A stretch of DNA of 64,000 nucleotides from the NCBI RefSeq assembly GCF_023055435.1, contig NW_025963890.1, positions 4,712,001 to 4,776,000 of the forward strand. Direction: 5' to 3'. This DNA is from Haliotis rufescens (taxonomy: Eukaryota). The position numbers and the translations under genes are program-made. The notes beneath the pieces are model-generated. The model saw only the letters and a program-made list of their open reading frames with translations, was not told where the DNA came from and did no database searches. This document shows, one piece after another, positions 48,743 through 61,115 of the stretch; within the stretch, counting starts at the first letter, position 1, and every line of letters starts with the position of its first letter.

Positions 48743-49239
48743 TGCCCATCCATTTCCCGGAAACAAGGCGTCATCATTTATGGAACATTAACTCAGTCTG
48801 TGACCTCACGCTATTGTTGTTGCACTTGATTCCGAGCCAGGAATTCACTAGCCATTGTTAATGAGCAGTTTGTGCAAGTACAACTGACGCAACTATAGGT
48901 CATTTATTCAAAATTATAGCTACATTATATATTAACAATAACGTGGGTGATGTCGGAGAAATAACTCGCTTTTGTTGATTCTAGAATCTAGAAAACTAGA
49001 AAACTAGAATCAACAGATTCTCGTGAAGGTATATCAAATTTCCTGCTTCCAGGTCGTTTGTTTCTTTTCATGTGACAGAGATACTCGTAGGAATAGCCCT
49101 AAAGCTTTAGATTTGAAACCACCACCACCACCCCCAACCCCCCACCCCCCCCCTCCCACCCCCCCTCCACCCCCCCTCTTGTTCCCAGCCTCACCCCCTT
49201 TAACCCCACCCTCAGTCATACTATTCTTGCTCCTCTCAC

Positions 49240-49604
49240 CTTCGTAGAGCTACTTGTGCCGCCATTATTCGTTGTCGCTCCACCACCAGGAGGCAGTTGG
49301 AGCACTGGCAGTCCCGCCATCTGCAGTAACGCTTGTGCCCCTTCAGACACGACACGACACCGTGATTACGACAACGAGCACACTTTGGCGTCCTCAGCAT
49401 TCGGCGTTGGGGGAAGGATGAAGATTTGCCACCGGCTTCGCCAACGGATTTGTTGGTCAGATCTTCGTCGTCGATGTCGTCACCGTCAACGTCACCGTCA
49501 ACGTCACCGTCAACGTCGCCGTCGCCATCATCAATGTCCTCTATATCCAAATACTCGTCACTCTGCGAGTCTAGACAGGTGGTGTCAGTCTCGCCCTCGC
49601 TCAT
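49240..49604 (-). CDS. dmrt2: Dmrt2-type gene, coding exon 1: acidic N-terminus plus DM DNA-binding domain
   Basis: [52 protein letters not shown] is a complete DM domain with Dmrt2-type residues ([19 protein letters not shown]). Acceptor tttcAG lies immediately before the ATG; donor AG|GTGAG at 49239, phase 2. Confidence 0.95.
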
Positions 49605-49852
49605 CTGAAACAGATAATGTCACTGTAATATGGGTGCTATAACAATATATTTGAAACATTAACAGAGCTCGAGTTAATTAAGTAAAAAGGACATGGGACC
49701 AAAATACAGTCAATAGCATTAGAAAAACATATTCTGTGCATGATGAAATGAATATATCAACAAAGAAATCAAATTCGGCAACAATTGCAAACGCCTTATG
49801 TTAAAAAAGCATATTTTGTATAATGTGTCATATCTTCTTAATATAAATTGTT

Positions 49853-50025
49853 GGGGGCGGTCGGGTAGCCTAGTGGTTAAAGCGTTCGCTCGTCAAGCCG
49901 AAGACCCGGGTTCGAATCCCGACATGGGTACAATGTGTAAAGCCCATTTCTGGTGTCCCCCACCGTGATATTGCTGGAATATTGCTAAAGCGGCGTAAAA
50001 CCATACTCACTCACTCACTCACTCA
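49853..50025 (+). mobile_element. SINE family A, full length
   Basis: Matches family A; (ACTC)n tail. Confidence 0.93.
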
Positions 50026-50052
50026 TATACTGTTGTGTTCTGGTTATTACTA

Positions 50053-50242
50053 CAATTAAACCTCGTAAACTCGAAGCCCTGGTGACCTTCAATGATATGT
50101 CGATTTCGAGTTGTCAGTATTTCGAAACAAACGGAGTAAAGCTATTCTATAAGAGTGTGTTTAATTCTCACAGGACCATAAAGTAACATCGAGTTAAGTA
50201 ATTTTCTGAGACACCGAGATTCGAGTTAACGAGGTTTAACTG
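50053..50242. mobile_element. MITE, second pogo-like family
   Basis: ta|caattaaacctcgtaaactcgaa ... ttcgagttaacgaggtttaactg; internal ttcgagtt subrepeats. Confidence 0.8.
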
Positions 50243-50274
50243 AACATTCTACACAACTGCTTCCACGTGACATA

Positions 50275-50810
50275 TACCAGGTGTCATCACTACCAGGTGT
50301 CATCACTACCAAGTGGCATCACTACCAAATGGCATCACTACAAGGTGTCAACTATACCACGTGATAACACTACCAAGTGGCATCGCTACTAAGTGGTATC
50401 ACTACAAGTTGTCAACTATACCACGTGATAATGCTACCAAGTGGCATCCCTACCAAATGGCATCACTACCAGGTGTCATCACTACCAGGTGTCGTCACTA
50501 CCAGGTGTCATCGCTACCAAATGGCATCACTACCAGGTGTCATCACTACCAGGTGTCGTCACTACCTGGTGTCATCGCTACCAAATGGCATCACTACCAG
50601 GTGTCATCACTACCAGGTGTCGTCACTACCAGGTGTCATCGCTACCAAATGGCATCACTACCAGGTGTCATCACTACCAGGTGTCATCGCTACCAAATGA
50701 CATCACTACAAGGTGTCAACAATACCACGTGATAACACTACCAAGTGGTATCACTACAAGGTGTCAACTCTACCAAGTCACAACACCTCCATGTGTCTAT
50801 TCTACAAAGT
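50275..50810. repeat. 16-bp minisatellite with local 48/64-bp higher-order pattern
   Basis: Units tgtcatcactaccagg, tggcatcactaccagg, tgtcgtcactaccagg and tgtcatcgctaccaaa recur in order; gives the same peptide in three frames. Confidence 0.93.
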
Positions 50811-52297
50811 CACAACACTATCGGATGATATTGAAGACACTTTTCAATTAGCAAACTAGTAATTAAAATATATATTTGTTGGAAAAGGCCTGGTTATATT
50901 GCACTTAAAAAGGTGATCTGTAACAAAAGCGACAAAACCCTTTCTGTAGCCACGATAAACCTCCGCCAAAAGCAGAGTCGACTGTACGATAGGTACAGTG
51001 TAATATTAATCGGTTTCATCTGGTGACATTTATGCAGGTGACTTTCAAATATATATTTTGTTATCCTTTTGTACATCCTATCAACCATTCGACAGGGAAC
51101 GACTACATAATATTAATAATTTCAAAATGAGAGGATGTGTCTGACAGTGACATGTGCTCAATACCGTGAATCGGATATGTTAAACTAAATATACCGTCTA
51201 ACTACAGAAACAATCATTTGAAACAAAACCTAAACCATTATGTATAGTTGTTTTTCAATGCTAAAGCAACATCAGTACTTTGGTGCCTACATTTATTGTA
51301 AAGATAGAATTCGAACCAGACTAACTTGTGGTTGATAGCATGAACAACTTGCCATGTCTTCAGGGCACAACGTTACAATATTTCAGGTTAAACGTTTTAC
51401 ACATGATCCGGGTTTAAGTCGACTCCTGCGACAAGCATGAAGTGTATACATCATATGCCCCGGAATCCCCACGGGTGACAAACTTGGGGTACATTGGGCT
51501 ATACCACCATGGGTCATCCGCTGGACTAGAGCATTGGGTACGACTAATGGTGTCGCAGATCTCCCACGGGGTGTCAAGCAGGGGGTACCATTCTACCCCA
51601 CGACCCCCACAGGGTCACAGTCATGGGGTTCATGGATCACATTCTACCCCAGAACACCCACGAAGATGTTTCCCCGATCAAAGTAATTCCCTTTCATTTC
51701 ACAACGGCGACAATCATTCTTAGCAACTGAATAAAGACGCAATATGTGAGACTCAATATGACGTCCGACCCCATGTAATAAAAGTTTAACGGGATAAAAA
51801 CAAAAACAATTTTTCAAAAGCACTACAAACCTTCAAATACCATGCATGTGACATTTACAGCGTAGTGACAGGGTTCGGCGTCACCTTCAAAACTCTTTCA
51901 TCTGAGCAGGACGGAAATTGCCTGGCGTCTCGACCAAGGCTTGTGTTCCGAAAGAGCTCTAGTTCCCTACGGTGAGGCTCGTCAGAACACAGGTGATAGC
52001 CACTACCAGGGGGATACCGTGCTCAAACTTTGTCCAGCCTTTTCTTTTACGTATCAGATTTCTCTCAACATTTAGACTGCAATCGGTGGTGGGGATTACT
52101 ACTTAATGATTACCAACGGGCACTGGAATATAGACTGGGTCAAGTCCCGATGGAATCGGTGGTGACCGTGCTCGGATTTCAACGTTGAACAATAATAAGC
52201 AGGCTCATGTGCAGAGCATAAGAATCACCATCATGCTGTAGTCAATCTCACTAAAAAATATTGATTTTACTTTATTCATGCATTCATTTATCCATTA

Positions 52298-52452
52298 TAG
52301 TAAAGTACGTTTATAACGACCACGCTTATAACGAACTGGCGAGTATAACGAACTGTTTCTGTCCCGGCCATTTGTTGTGGATATGTTGTGTTTATTCTTA
52401 TAACGAACTACGGTTATTACGAACTAAAATTCGTTATAACCGTAGTTTACTG
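52298..52452. mobile_element. MITE, third copy of the 35121 family
   Basis: ta|tagtaaagtacgtttataacg ... ttcgttataaccgtagtttactg|ta. Confidence 0.85.
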
Positions 52453-52799
52453 TAATTTCGAGGAATTTGTATTTGAGGGTAACCATGTCATCACCCCTCT
52501 GTCGAAGTTGCTCGTTGTGAGTGGTGTGAGTGTCTGTTCGTGAATCCACTTCTTGACGTCCCCATTTCATGTCATGGCTAAACGGTAATAGCCACTAACA
52601 TCCACACTCACTAACTCGCTCATCAAAGAGCTCATCCCAGTTGTCCAAAAAGCATTAAACATGAGGCCAGTGCCCTTAGCAGTTTCGTTCTTATATGTCG
52701 ATAGTTGTAAATCTCTTGATGTAATTAACCAAATCCGTGTCTTATGGGTGTTCTAAACTGTTCTTTGTTTATGTTGATAGTCGATATTGATCCCTAGCG

Positions 52800-53480
52800 A
52801 ACTTGCAGACAGTCTACCTGATTGGGCCCCACCCCTGAGGGAAAGTGTAGGCTTTGCTGCACGTGGTATAGCTCAACCCTCCCCAAGCCTGAGGCAAAGG
52901 TACACAGACACAAGCACATAGACAGAGCAGGGAGCGGACCGTCTCCCGGGTAAACCCCATACGGAAACAGTCCTCATACAGTACAGAGAAAATTGCAACC
53001 TGGAGAATTTGTGAATTGGGAAGTCTTTTAAATGGATAGCATGTGCGTTCCCTAGGTTTCACAGGGGTTTGGAGGAAAGGTTTGGCATTACTTGGGACTG
53101 AGAATTGTTACTACTATAAACATTATGAAGAACTTGGCTGATGTTAATTTGTGCCAGGTAAAGATTTCAATGATTCTTGGTTGGTAGAGTTCCTTATTAG
53201 TCCGGCTATAGGAAGTATCCATCCACTGTTCCACAATATTGTCTTGGATAGTGTTCTGTTGGGTTTGGAAGGATTCATGCAACCTCATGTACATTTGGCC
53301 GCTTTGTTTCCTGGTATTGAAGGTTCAAGGATCCATTACACGCGCTAGCCTTTTGCGAACACCTGGTTTCATCACCGATGTTCAGTAATCCGGTCACCAA
53401 TGCTTTGCCTTTTACACCCAATGGGTTTTGTTTGGGCAGATAGTCGAGGCTGATTATTCTCTGGCGTTGACGTTTTATAT
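52800..53480 (-). pseudogene. Possible highly decayed LINE ORF2 3' fragment (RNase H end to zinc-knuckle region)
   Basis: Successive broken minus-strand frames read GLLNIGDETRCSQKASA (loosely like H.GI.GNE.AD.LAK.A), IVEQWMDTSYSRTNKELYQP (W...NKL..IKP-like) and RETVRSLLCLC (ETV.H.L..C-like), in the order expected for I/Nimb-type LINEs. Weak similarity by eye. Confidence 0.35.
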
Positions 53481-53670
53481 GCATGTGTAACCAACACAGA
53501 TTATTATATGTCAGCAGCTATTGTTAAATTTACAAATCAACATAACATATCTACATGATGATATGAACTTTAATCAGTATGTTCTTTAAAAATTATATCA
53601 TTTTGGCTACAATGCTTAAAATTAAAATGATATTTATGATATCAAATATATTTTAGGTGCCAAAATTTTC

Positions 53671-53838
53671 NNNNNNNNNNNNNNNNNNNNNNNNNNNNNN
53701 NNNNNNNNNNNNNNNNNNNNNNNNNNNNNNNNNNNNNNNNNNNNNNNNNNNNNNNNNNNNNNNNNNNNNNNNNNNNNNNNNNNNNNNNNNNNNNNNNNNN
53801 NNNNNNNNNNNNNNNNNNNNNNNNNNNNNNNNNNNNNN
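53671..53838. other. Assembly gap (N run)
   Basis: 168 N. Confidence 1.
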
Positions 53839-54022
53839 TAATATTCCAGCTATATGACGGCCGTAAATAATCGAGTCTGGACCAGAGAATCCCGTGATCA
53901 ATCCACGCCCTCGGTGTACGATGACATACAATCAGCCAAGTCCCCGAGTCTGACCATTAAGTCGCCACTTAAGACCTGCATAGGTAGCTGGGGAGCCATT
54001 CTAACCCGGGATCACCAGGGGG
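53839..54022 (-). mobile_element. Retroposon family B, diverged copy abutting the gap
   Basis: aatattccagctatatgacggccgtaaataatcgagtctggaccaga...cattctaacccgggatc. Confidence 0.8.
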
Positions 54023-54646
54023 TTATTTTTGGGCAAACCCACATCTTGAAAGTTCCAACCGTTGAACGGGACCACCGGCACCGATAACGATAGAAGCAGG
54101 TTACTGTTATATGCATTATAAGGGATAGGGTGATCCTGAACAACACAGAGGAATGAAGATTCAGATTCAAGTACATGAATGGTGGAAAGGGTCATGTTCT
54201 TCTATATGGTCGACGAAATTCCTAAATGGAATCATAAATAAACTTTGTGATAACCAACCTGAAATAGCGGAGAAATTTTGGTTCAACTCCTCAGGGCACA
54301 GGCAAAGAAAATATCATAAACGAATAACTATTCTATGGATAAATTAACCCATACAGATTCTAAAGGCATGATCAATCGTAATTGATGATAAATAATATAA
54401 ATTATTGGGTTTGAATTTGTTCTGCTTTTTTGTTATAATTTTGTCTTTTGTTGAATATTACTTGTGAAAGTTCAATGTATTTGTGATTAGTCATCGCGGT
54501 GTTTATTTTGAAGTTCATGATAGCGAACAGAATACCACATGGGGTCAGACATGAGTATAGTGCTAGTTTACTCCAACAGTGTAGTGAATCTTCATTCATT
54601 TCAAGTATAATCACTTAACTAATGATTCAATCGTTATCGGTCAACA

Positions 54647-54799
54647 NNNNNNNNNNNNNNNNNNNNNNNNNNNNNNNNNNNNNNNNNNNNNNNNNNNNNN
54701 NNNNNNNNNNNNNNNNNNNNNNNNNNNNNNNNNNNNNNNNNNNNNNNNNNNNNNNNNNNNNNNNNNNNNNNNNNNNNNNNNNNNNNNNNNNNNNNNNNN
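54647..54799. other. Assembly gap (N run)
   Basis: 153 N. Confidence 1.
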
Positions 54800-57700
54800 T
54801 CTGTGTGAGCTCGCGTACGTGTGTGATTGTGTGTGAATGGGGGCAGGGGGTCGAAACATATTGTTCTTTGAATAGAGCAACCAAACAATCATATTTTGGT
54901 CCCATAACACATCACATTACTCTTTAGATCATGTCGAGTGAACGATTTATTTCTGTAGAACCGTACTTTTCAAGTGTTTTCACGATCAGATTAGCGTCTT
55001 TTTTTACCCCCTAAGAAGTAAGATTGGCCCAGAAATTTATCAAAAGTTCAGTACTATATAAAAACGTCATTTGTGTACATCAAATGTACAAACAAGATGG
55101 ATTACCTGATAAAATACACACGATAACTGCTCCAAATTCGATGGCGATCGGCGTGCAAAATTCCAGCTATTTTCCTAGAAAGGTTTACCCATACTCGCAT
55201 CCCACTCAGTAAATATCAATATCCAAAATAACACCTACGTGTCCATAAACATGTTGTGATTATAAGAAATGTACATGATATACACTACTGTTCAAATAAA
55301 CGAGAAGACGAGAAGACGTTTGTTTTGAACGGTAGTGCGCATATTTAAAATAGTTTCACGTCGGTTCAAACATCACCATTGTTGTGTAGCGTTCCCCTTA
55401 TCGGCACATAAGACTGAAACCATCTTGTAATGTTTCGACGGAACTATAAAAATAACTTGTACATAGACAATTGGTGCCTTTGTATAAATATATTCGGCTT
55501 CACTATACATAAAATAAACCCTCAATCAAGTATAGAAAATGCACATAGCGATATCACAGTTCATACTTTCTTTATTTATCTTATTGAGACCCGTGTTACA
55601 GACTCACGACATAGACATGTGTTATAGCGTTCAAAATACCTCCTGTGTCTAGTAATCGACCATAAATTATGACATAACGAGGTTGTTTTGCAGCAAAATG
55701 TTAACAAACACATGCTTTTTATAAGAATGTTTAGACGATTCGGTTTGGATAAGACACGTGCTTCGTCAAATTATCATAATACACGATGCATCTTTTTCAT
55801 CAAAGACGGGAAACTATTTTATGGGGGCTGAATGATAATTCAAAACAGAAGACAATTGTTGAGCCTAAAACAAACAAGCGGCGTAAATCCTCTCCTGTTT
55901 GTTGGGTATCTGACAATTGAGGTATTTGAAAAATTTTACGATAATAATCATAATACATGCTTGTTTCATGGTCTGTGATTAAACTGTTCTCTTTATTTTA
56001 GGAATGCTGTCACAACCGGGGAGCCATCTACTACATGTGGGTACATTCTCGGATCGTCAAGAGTTATGTGTCCTGACTAACATCTGTTTATAACAATACC
56101 TCTGTAGTACGGATCCTGTTAATGGGACACTTGTATAGTAATAATAGTCCCAACCCATGGTTTCTTTAATCCGGACGACTGCTTTACGGATTAACAAGGC
56201 TTCACTATAATCGATGACCAATACTTTTAATACATTTGCGTTTGTACTGATGGCAGTAGAGTTTCAATGGTAAATGTTTTTTACTTGATATAGACGTCAC
56301 ACAAAAAAGTGACCCGGGTGTTCATTTTGAACACCTGGTGGCCTCATTGGTCTTCCGTTGTTTCCTCATGGAAGGTAATTGAATTTAATCATTGCCTTAT
56401 TTTTTTTCCATTTGTGAATTGATTAATTTGCACCTTAAGTAGACGTTTGACTTTATACTGCTAACCATTGCAGATTCTCTAAATATGAAGTGCTTTTATC
56501 ACAAAATATGGAAATTCATATTCATCATGTCTTCCTCTTGTGTTTCTGTCGGGATAATACGGTTGGGATTCGCGAGGAGATGATGTGTAATAGCTGTGGA
56601 GCATAATATAAATTATAATAAAAACAATAACGTTTTGTACTTTGCATTTTGAACCTGAATTTTGTGAATTGCAAACATGCCATCTCCGTCGTTGCTCCGA
56701 GTGTATAAGAGATGACACGTATTGCAGTTCCAGAATATATATGTTGATCTACTTGACATGGTATTTGTAATTCGTAATACCAATAGCATTATACATCATC
56801 ACTTGTCGTCACACTTCTCATGGAAAGACCTTTGTTCTGTGTGTACGCACGTCGATAACTAACATCGTCAGTGTGGACGAGACATACGCAGATATAACAT
56901 GGACTACCATTACAAAATCGTACATATGATCTCAACTCATTCAACTCATTTATATAAAGTCTTTGATAGGCAGTTAGAATTTGGGAGTCATAGATATACC
57001 TTCAAATATATGATTAAAATGTTGCAATTCTTAATATTTCTGTCTTTTGTTGTTAAATATATTGAAGGTGTATATACAAGGAGATAAAGTTCATTTTTAA
57101 CGTTATAAAAGCTCTGGAATAACTTAGTTAACAAAACGCCCTACTAAGTTTTTATCAGACTTATTTATACCCTCTGTGAATATAGCATAGAGAATACTCA
57201 TAAACCATTTAATATAATTTATATTAATCTCCTCCTATAACATTTTTAAAACAATATTATTGGACTCATAAATATAGCTAGGAATATTTTTATATAGATA
57301 TAACTTATCATATAAGACACATGCACAGTGACATACCTTGTATATGAATAATATAATCCTTAGCTTCTTGCTTAGCCTCGAAGGAAAAGACTCGGCGTGG
57401 TTAAGAAGATACGGATATCTTCCTCGCATTTAAAAAAAAGTCGATCCACTGTCTCATACCTCTCATATTTTAGATGACTTTTGTATCGAGACAATGCAGC
57501 TTGTTAGCCGACATTTTCCTCGCCCCGTCCCTCGATCTCAGGAAGTTCATCGTTCTTCTGTTCAAACATCCTTGCTTGTAGAAGATGAAACCTCTATCTC
57601 ACTTGGCCTATCTCTCAGCACTACTGTACACTATAGACATTCAAAAGTTTTCAAATGGAAACTGAATACGTATATTTGGCGCTAAGCTTTTCCTTAGGTA

Positions 57701-58920
57701 AACAAAGCTTGCTTAAAGATGCCACCATGTTGAAATCGAGCCGTCAGAACTATTACTTTTTCTTCGTTGTGCCGACGCCATGGCAGTGTCAATGTATTTT
57801 CTCAAGTGTGCTTAATATCTTTATAAAAAGGTCAGATAATGGAAAATACTAAAATTATTAAGTTGCATAGAAGGCTGTTCGGCACATGTTTGCCAGTGGA
57901 AGTAATAGACTGCACTGAGGAAACTCTCCGAATCTTTGAGTCGTGGTGCCTGACATTTGGCTTGCTGTGGTGTTATTATAGTAACTGTGTACCTGTAAAT
58001 TTACTTAATTTAATACGTGTAAATAAAGTAGATAATAAGAGCATGGTCCCTGTGATACATTTTGCCATGTCGATTTAATAATCATGACATTTTAATTTTC
58101 ATTATTTTACACAGAACATATTGGATTGCATAGAGTCTATTGTTTGTATTAGTTATGCATTTTAATTATTATATTTGTAATATTAGTATCTACATACATT
58201 TTAATCCTACAGTTTTAATAGGTAATTGGGTGGTAGATAAAACATAGGTAAGCATTATAAACATTGATATGCGGTGTAGTAGCTACATAATCGATTCTCT
58301 GAAATCATATCATAAACAAATATTTCTTTGGTTGGATAAATACACTACATCGTCCATGCTACATATTTGATGCTTGTGGCTTCCACGTTTATCCATACTT
58401 CACACGAGGCCGTCAATGTGATTTTTAATGTCCTAATGAATTATTTTTTTAAATATTTAGTGTAAATTACACGTTTATTTCCGATGAGCAATGCAAGATA
58501 GTGTCTGTCAGACACACCTCCGAATCGATTACTCGTTAGGGGCATATCGGAAACTTACGTTTTGTTTTGTAGAAAATATTATCTAGTGATGTTTGTTTTC
58601 CAACTATTTAATGTTAATAGTTTTATATGAATAATAACGACCGACACTGATAAATAGCATACAAATATGGTGTTAATGACATTGATTTATATGATAAATG
58701 CGTTGATACAACAGTTTGGAAAAGGGTGCTTCTGACAAGCAGAACCTTAGGTAAGAATACTCATGAAAGAGGGGTGTCCAAAAATCCACGAAGCTATTTG
58801 CAGTTGGTGCAGTTTCAGTTGAAAACATATCACCAATACTTTGTTAAAGAGTCTTCACATAGTATACCCGATCACCTTTAACACTTTCCAAATTCTTAAT
58901 ATATATTAAGTATATATACA

Positions 58921-58924
<4 letters not shown>

Positions 58925-58974
<50 letters not shown>
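58925..58974. repeat. (TG)n microsatellite
   Basis: About 25 units. Confidence 0.97.
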
Positions 58975-58978
<4 letters not shown>

Positions 58979-60886
58979 ACGGGGGAGGGGGGTTGAGGGG
59001 GGCATAACACAAATCGCATATCGAGGTGTACAGTCACAAATTCATGGATCCATGCTATTAGACTTTGAGTCTCTTTGTGTCAAGCTCAATAGTTTGTAGT
59101 TATAATGTTATGTCTTTCCCGGCGATGAATCTAACACTTTATGAGATAGTGTTGACTTTGAACTGGTAATATATGAGAGAAAGTCTCACATGATGACAAA
59201 GATCAAAAGATAGATGTCGATGAAATTTACCAATCCTAAATGTCAGCATTCGGTCATCTCATTTATCACCTCCATCATGAACTTTATATATAATATGAAG
59301 AAATACAGTATGTTAAAAAAAAGCATGAATGTTAACGATATGGTTTTAGCTCTTCAATATCATACCTGAAGGAAGAAAGTGTAAATTATGGTATGTTGTC
59401 ATTATTTTACTAATAATTAACATCACTGCTAGTATATGATTATAATTTACTTTAAGTCGTGGTGAGGAAAGTTGAACTATTATATATCATAATTAATACA
59501 GCGTAATATAAATAAAACACTTTCTATTATTAAAATAAATCTACATGGATCCGACCATACCATATACACTTGTTTATGAATCACTATGAAAAAGTGATAA
59601 AATCATTAAAGGTACGTTTTCTTTTATAAACAAATCCATAGGTATTGGTTGAACAAAAAGGTTTTTATTTGTGAAAATAATCTATGCAGGGAGCAACGTC
59701 CAGAGCAGGGTGGATATGAAGAAGCCTACTACAAACTTAACATACCAATGATTACATTGAGAGTTTTCTTAACTGTTACAGAAGGAAATCAAAGCGTACA
59801 TCATTTCAAAAGGAGTTTAAGTCGCGAAAATGTACTGCATGGCACATGTTGGTATTGGAGCGTACTTCATAATAAAGCATAAATAAATATCTTAACTGAC
59901 ATTCTTGCAAGACATTAAGGAAAGGTTTAAAGGTAAGCATCATTGTTTAAAATGATAAAAAGTTTAATGGATTTCTTGTCTATGTTTCAATAATATGTCT
60001 GTTTTGAGACGAAATAGGTCTAACTGTTTGATCTTTGTGAATATTTATTAATCCGCACAGCTTCACAGCAGTGACAGTGGCTTTCACACAAAATGAGAAT
60101 CATATCAACTTTCTAAAAACTGTGTTTAACAGGAGCGTGGTAAGCGTACTAACACAAATATTTACAAATATACTACTTAGAAATGTTTTTTTGTCTAGTC
60201 GAGGGCTAAATCTTGACATATGGCGGCGAGATTATAATCGAACTGAGTTGGCGTTTCCCATAGGAAAACACGAATAGTATATTTCAGGTTAGCCACTTTG
60301 TAAATTTAAACGGCACCCAATTTACTCCACTAATTTATCTATTGACCTATTTCCTCTGTATTTGAATAATACAAACAAAATCCATATGCCAATATCTTGA
60401 TTGTTTGAATAATGACTTTGGATTTGCTCTGAAGATGGAATTATGGTTAAACACTCGGTAAATAAACTTGAATTATTCAGGTTACGTGATATATATTTTA
60501 TTGAATTTATTCTTTATCATATCCCGTATATATCCTGTATACAGGCAGTGGACAGTACATATGTATTTCCCGGACTGTGGCTTTTAAAACATAGGTCAAA
60601 CTTACAAAAAATCAATTTGTAAAATTATTGTAATTGTGACATGTATCGTGGCGTCATTTCTTGGTAGGTTGAATGTCTGAGGGGCGAGGCTAAATCAATC
60701 AGATCAATCTCTTGTACAATGCGTTCTTTTAATTCCTGTTATTGTAATTTTAACCACTTTTACTGAATTACCTTTGCAGTGTATGTGTACCTCAATAATA
60801 TCTTATATCTAATGGGTAAAATTCCAAATCAATCACTTTTCTTCGTGATAAACACAACATGAAATCAAAAGAATCGTTCAACTTAC

Positions 60887-61115
60887 CTCTGTTCGAATAA
60901 CGTTCGTAGTGTGAAGAATACCAACGGTAAACCCTTTTGGAACAAAACCGTGCTTAATTGCTCACTTGAAGTGTGTGGCGGGCATATCTCCTATTCACTG
61001 ACCCCTACACGGCATACATCAGATCTCCTATGAATATGCTTTATTCCACACAATTGTTCGCATGTGTACCGAACTTTGACAAACGTGGCTTTGCAACGAG
61101 CCCTCTGATTGGCCG
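60887..61115 (-). promoter_or_regulatory. Candidate promoter and non-coding first exon of the Dmrt2 gene
   Basis: The acceptor before the ATG at 49604 implies an upstream exon. Here: consensus donor GAG|GTAAGT at 60886, Inr-like TCAGT (61001-60997), and NF-Y-type GGCCAATCAG (CCAAT 61112-61108) in repeat-free sequence. No transcript evidence. Confidence 0.4.

Noticed and set aside
49023-49247. Poly-Pro and poly-Gly ORFs
   Set aside because: Translations of the intronic C/G tract.
50313-50851. Three overlapping repetitive ORFs
   Set aside because: A 16-bp unit gives the same peptide in all frames; minisatellite.
57290-57480. Possible Crypton-like non-autonomous fragment
   Set aside because: Only a weak hairpin, single copy in the window, no definable ends.
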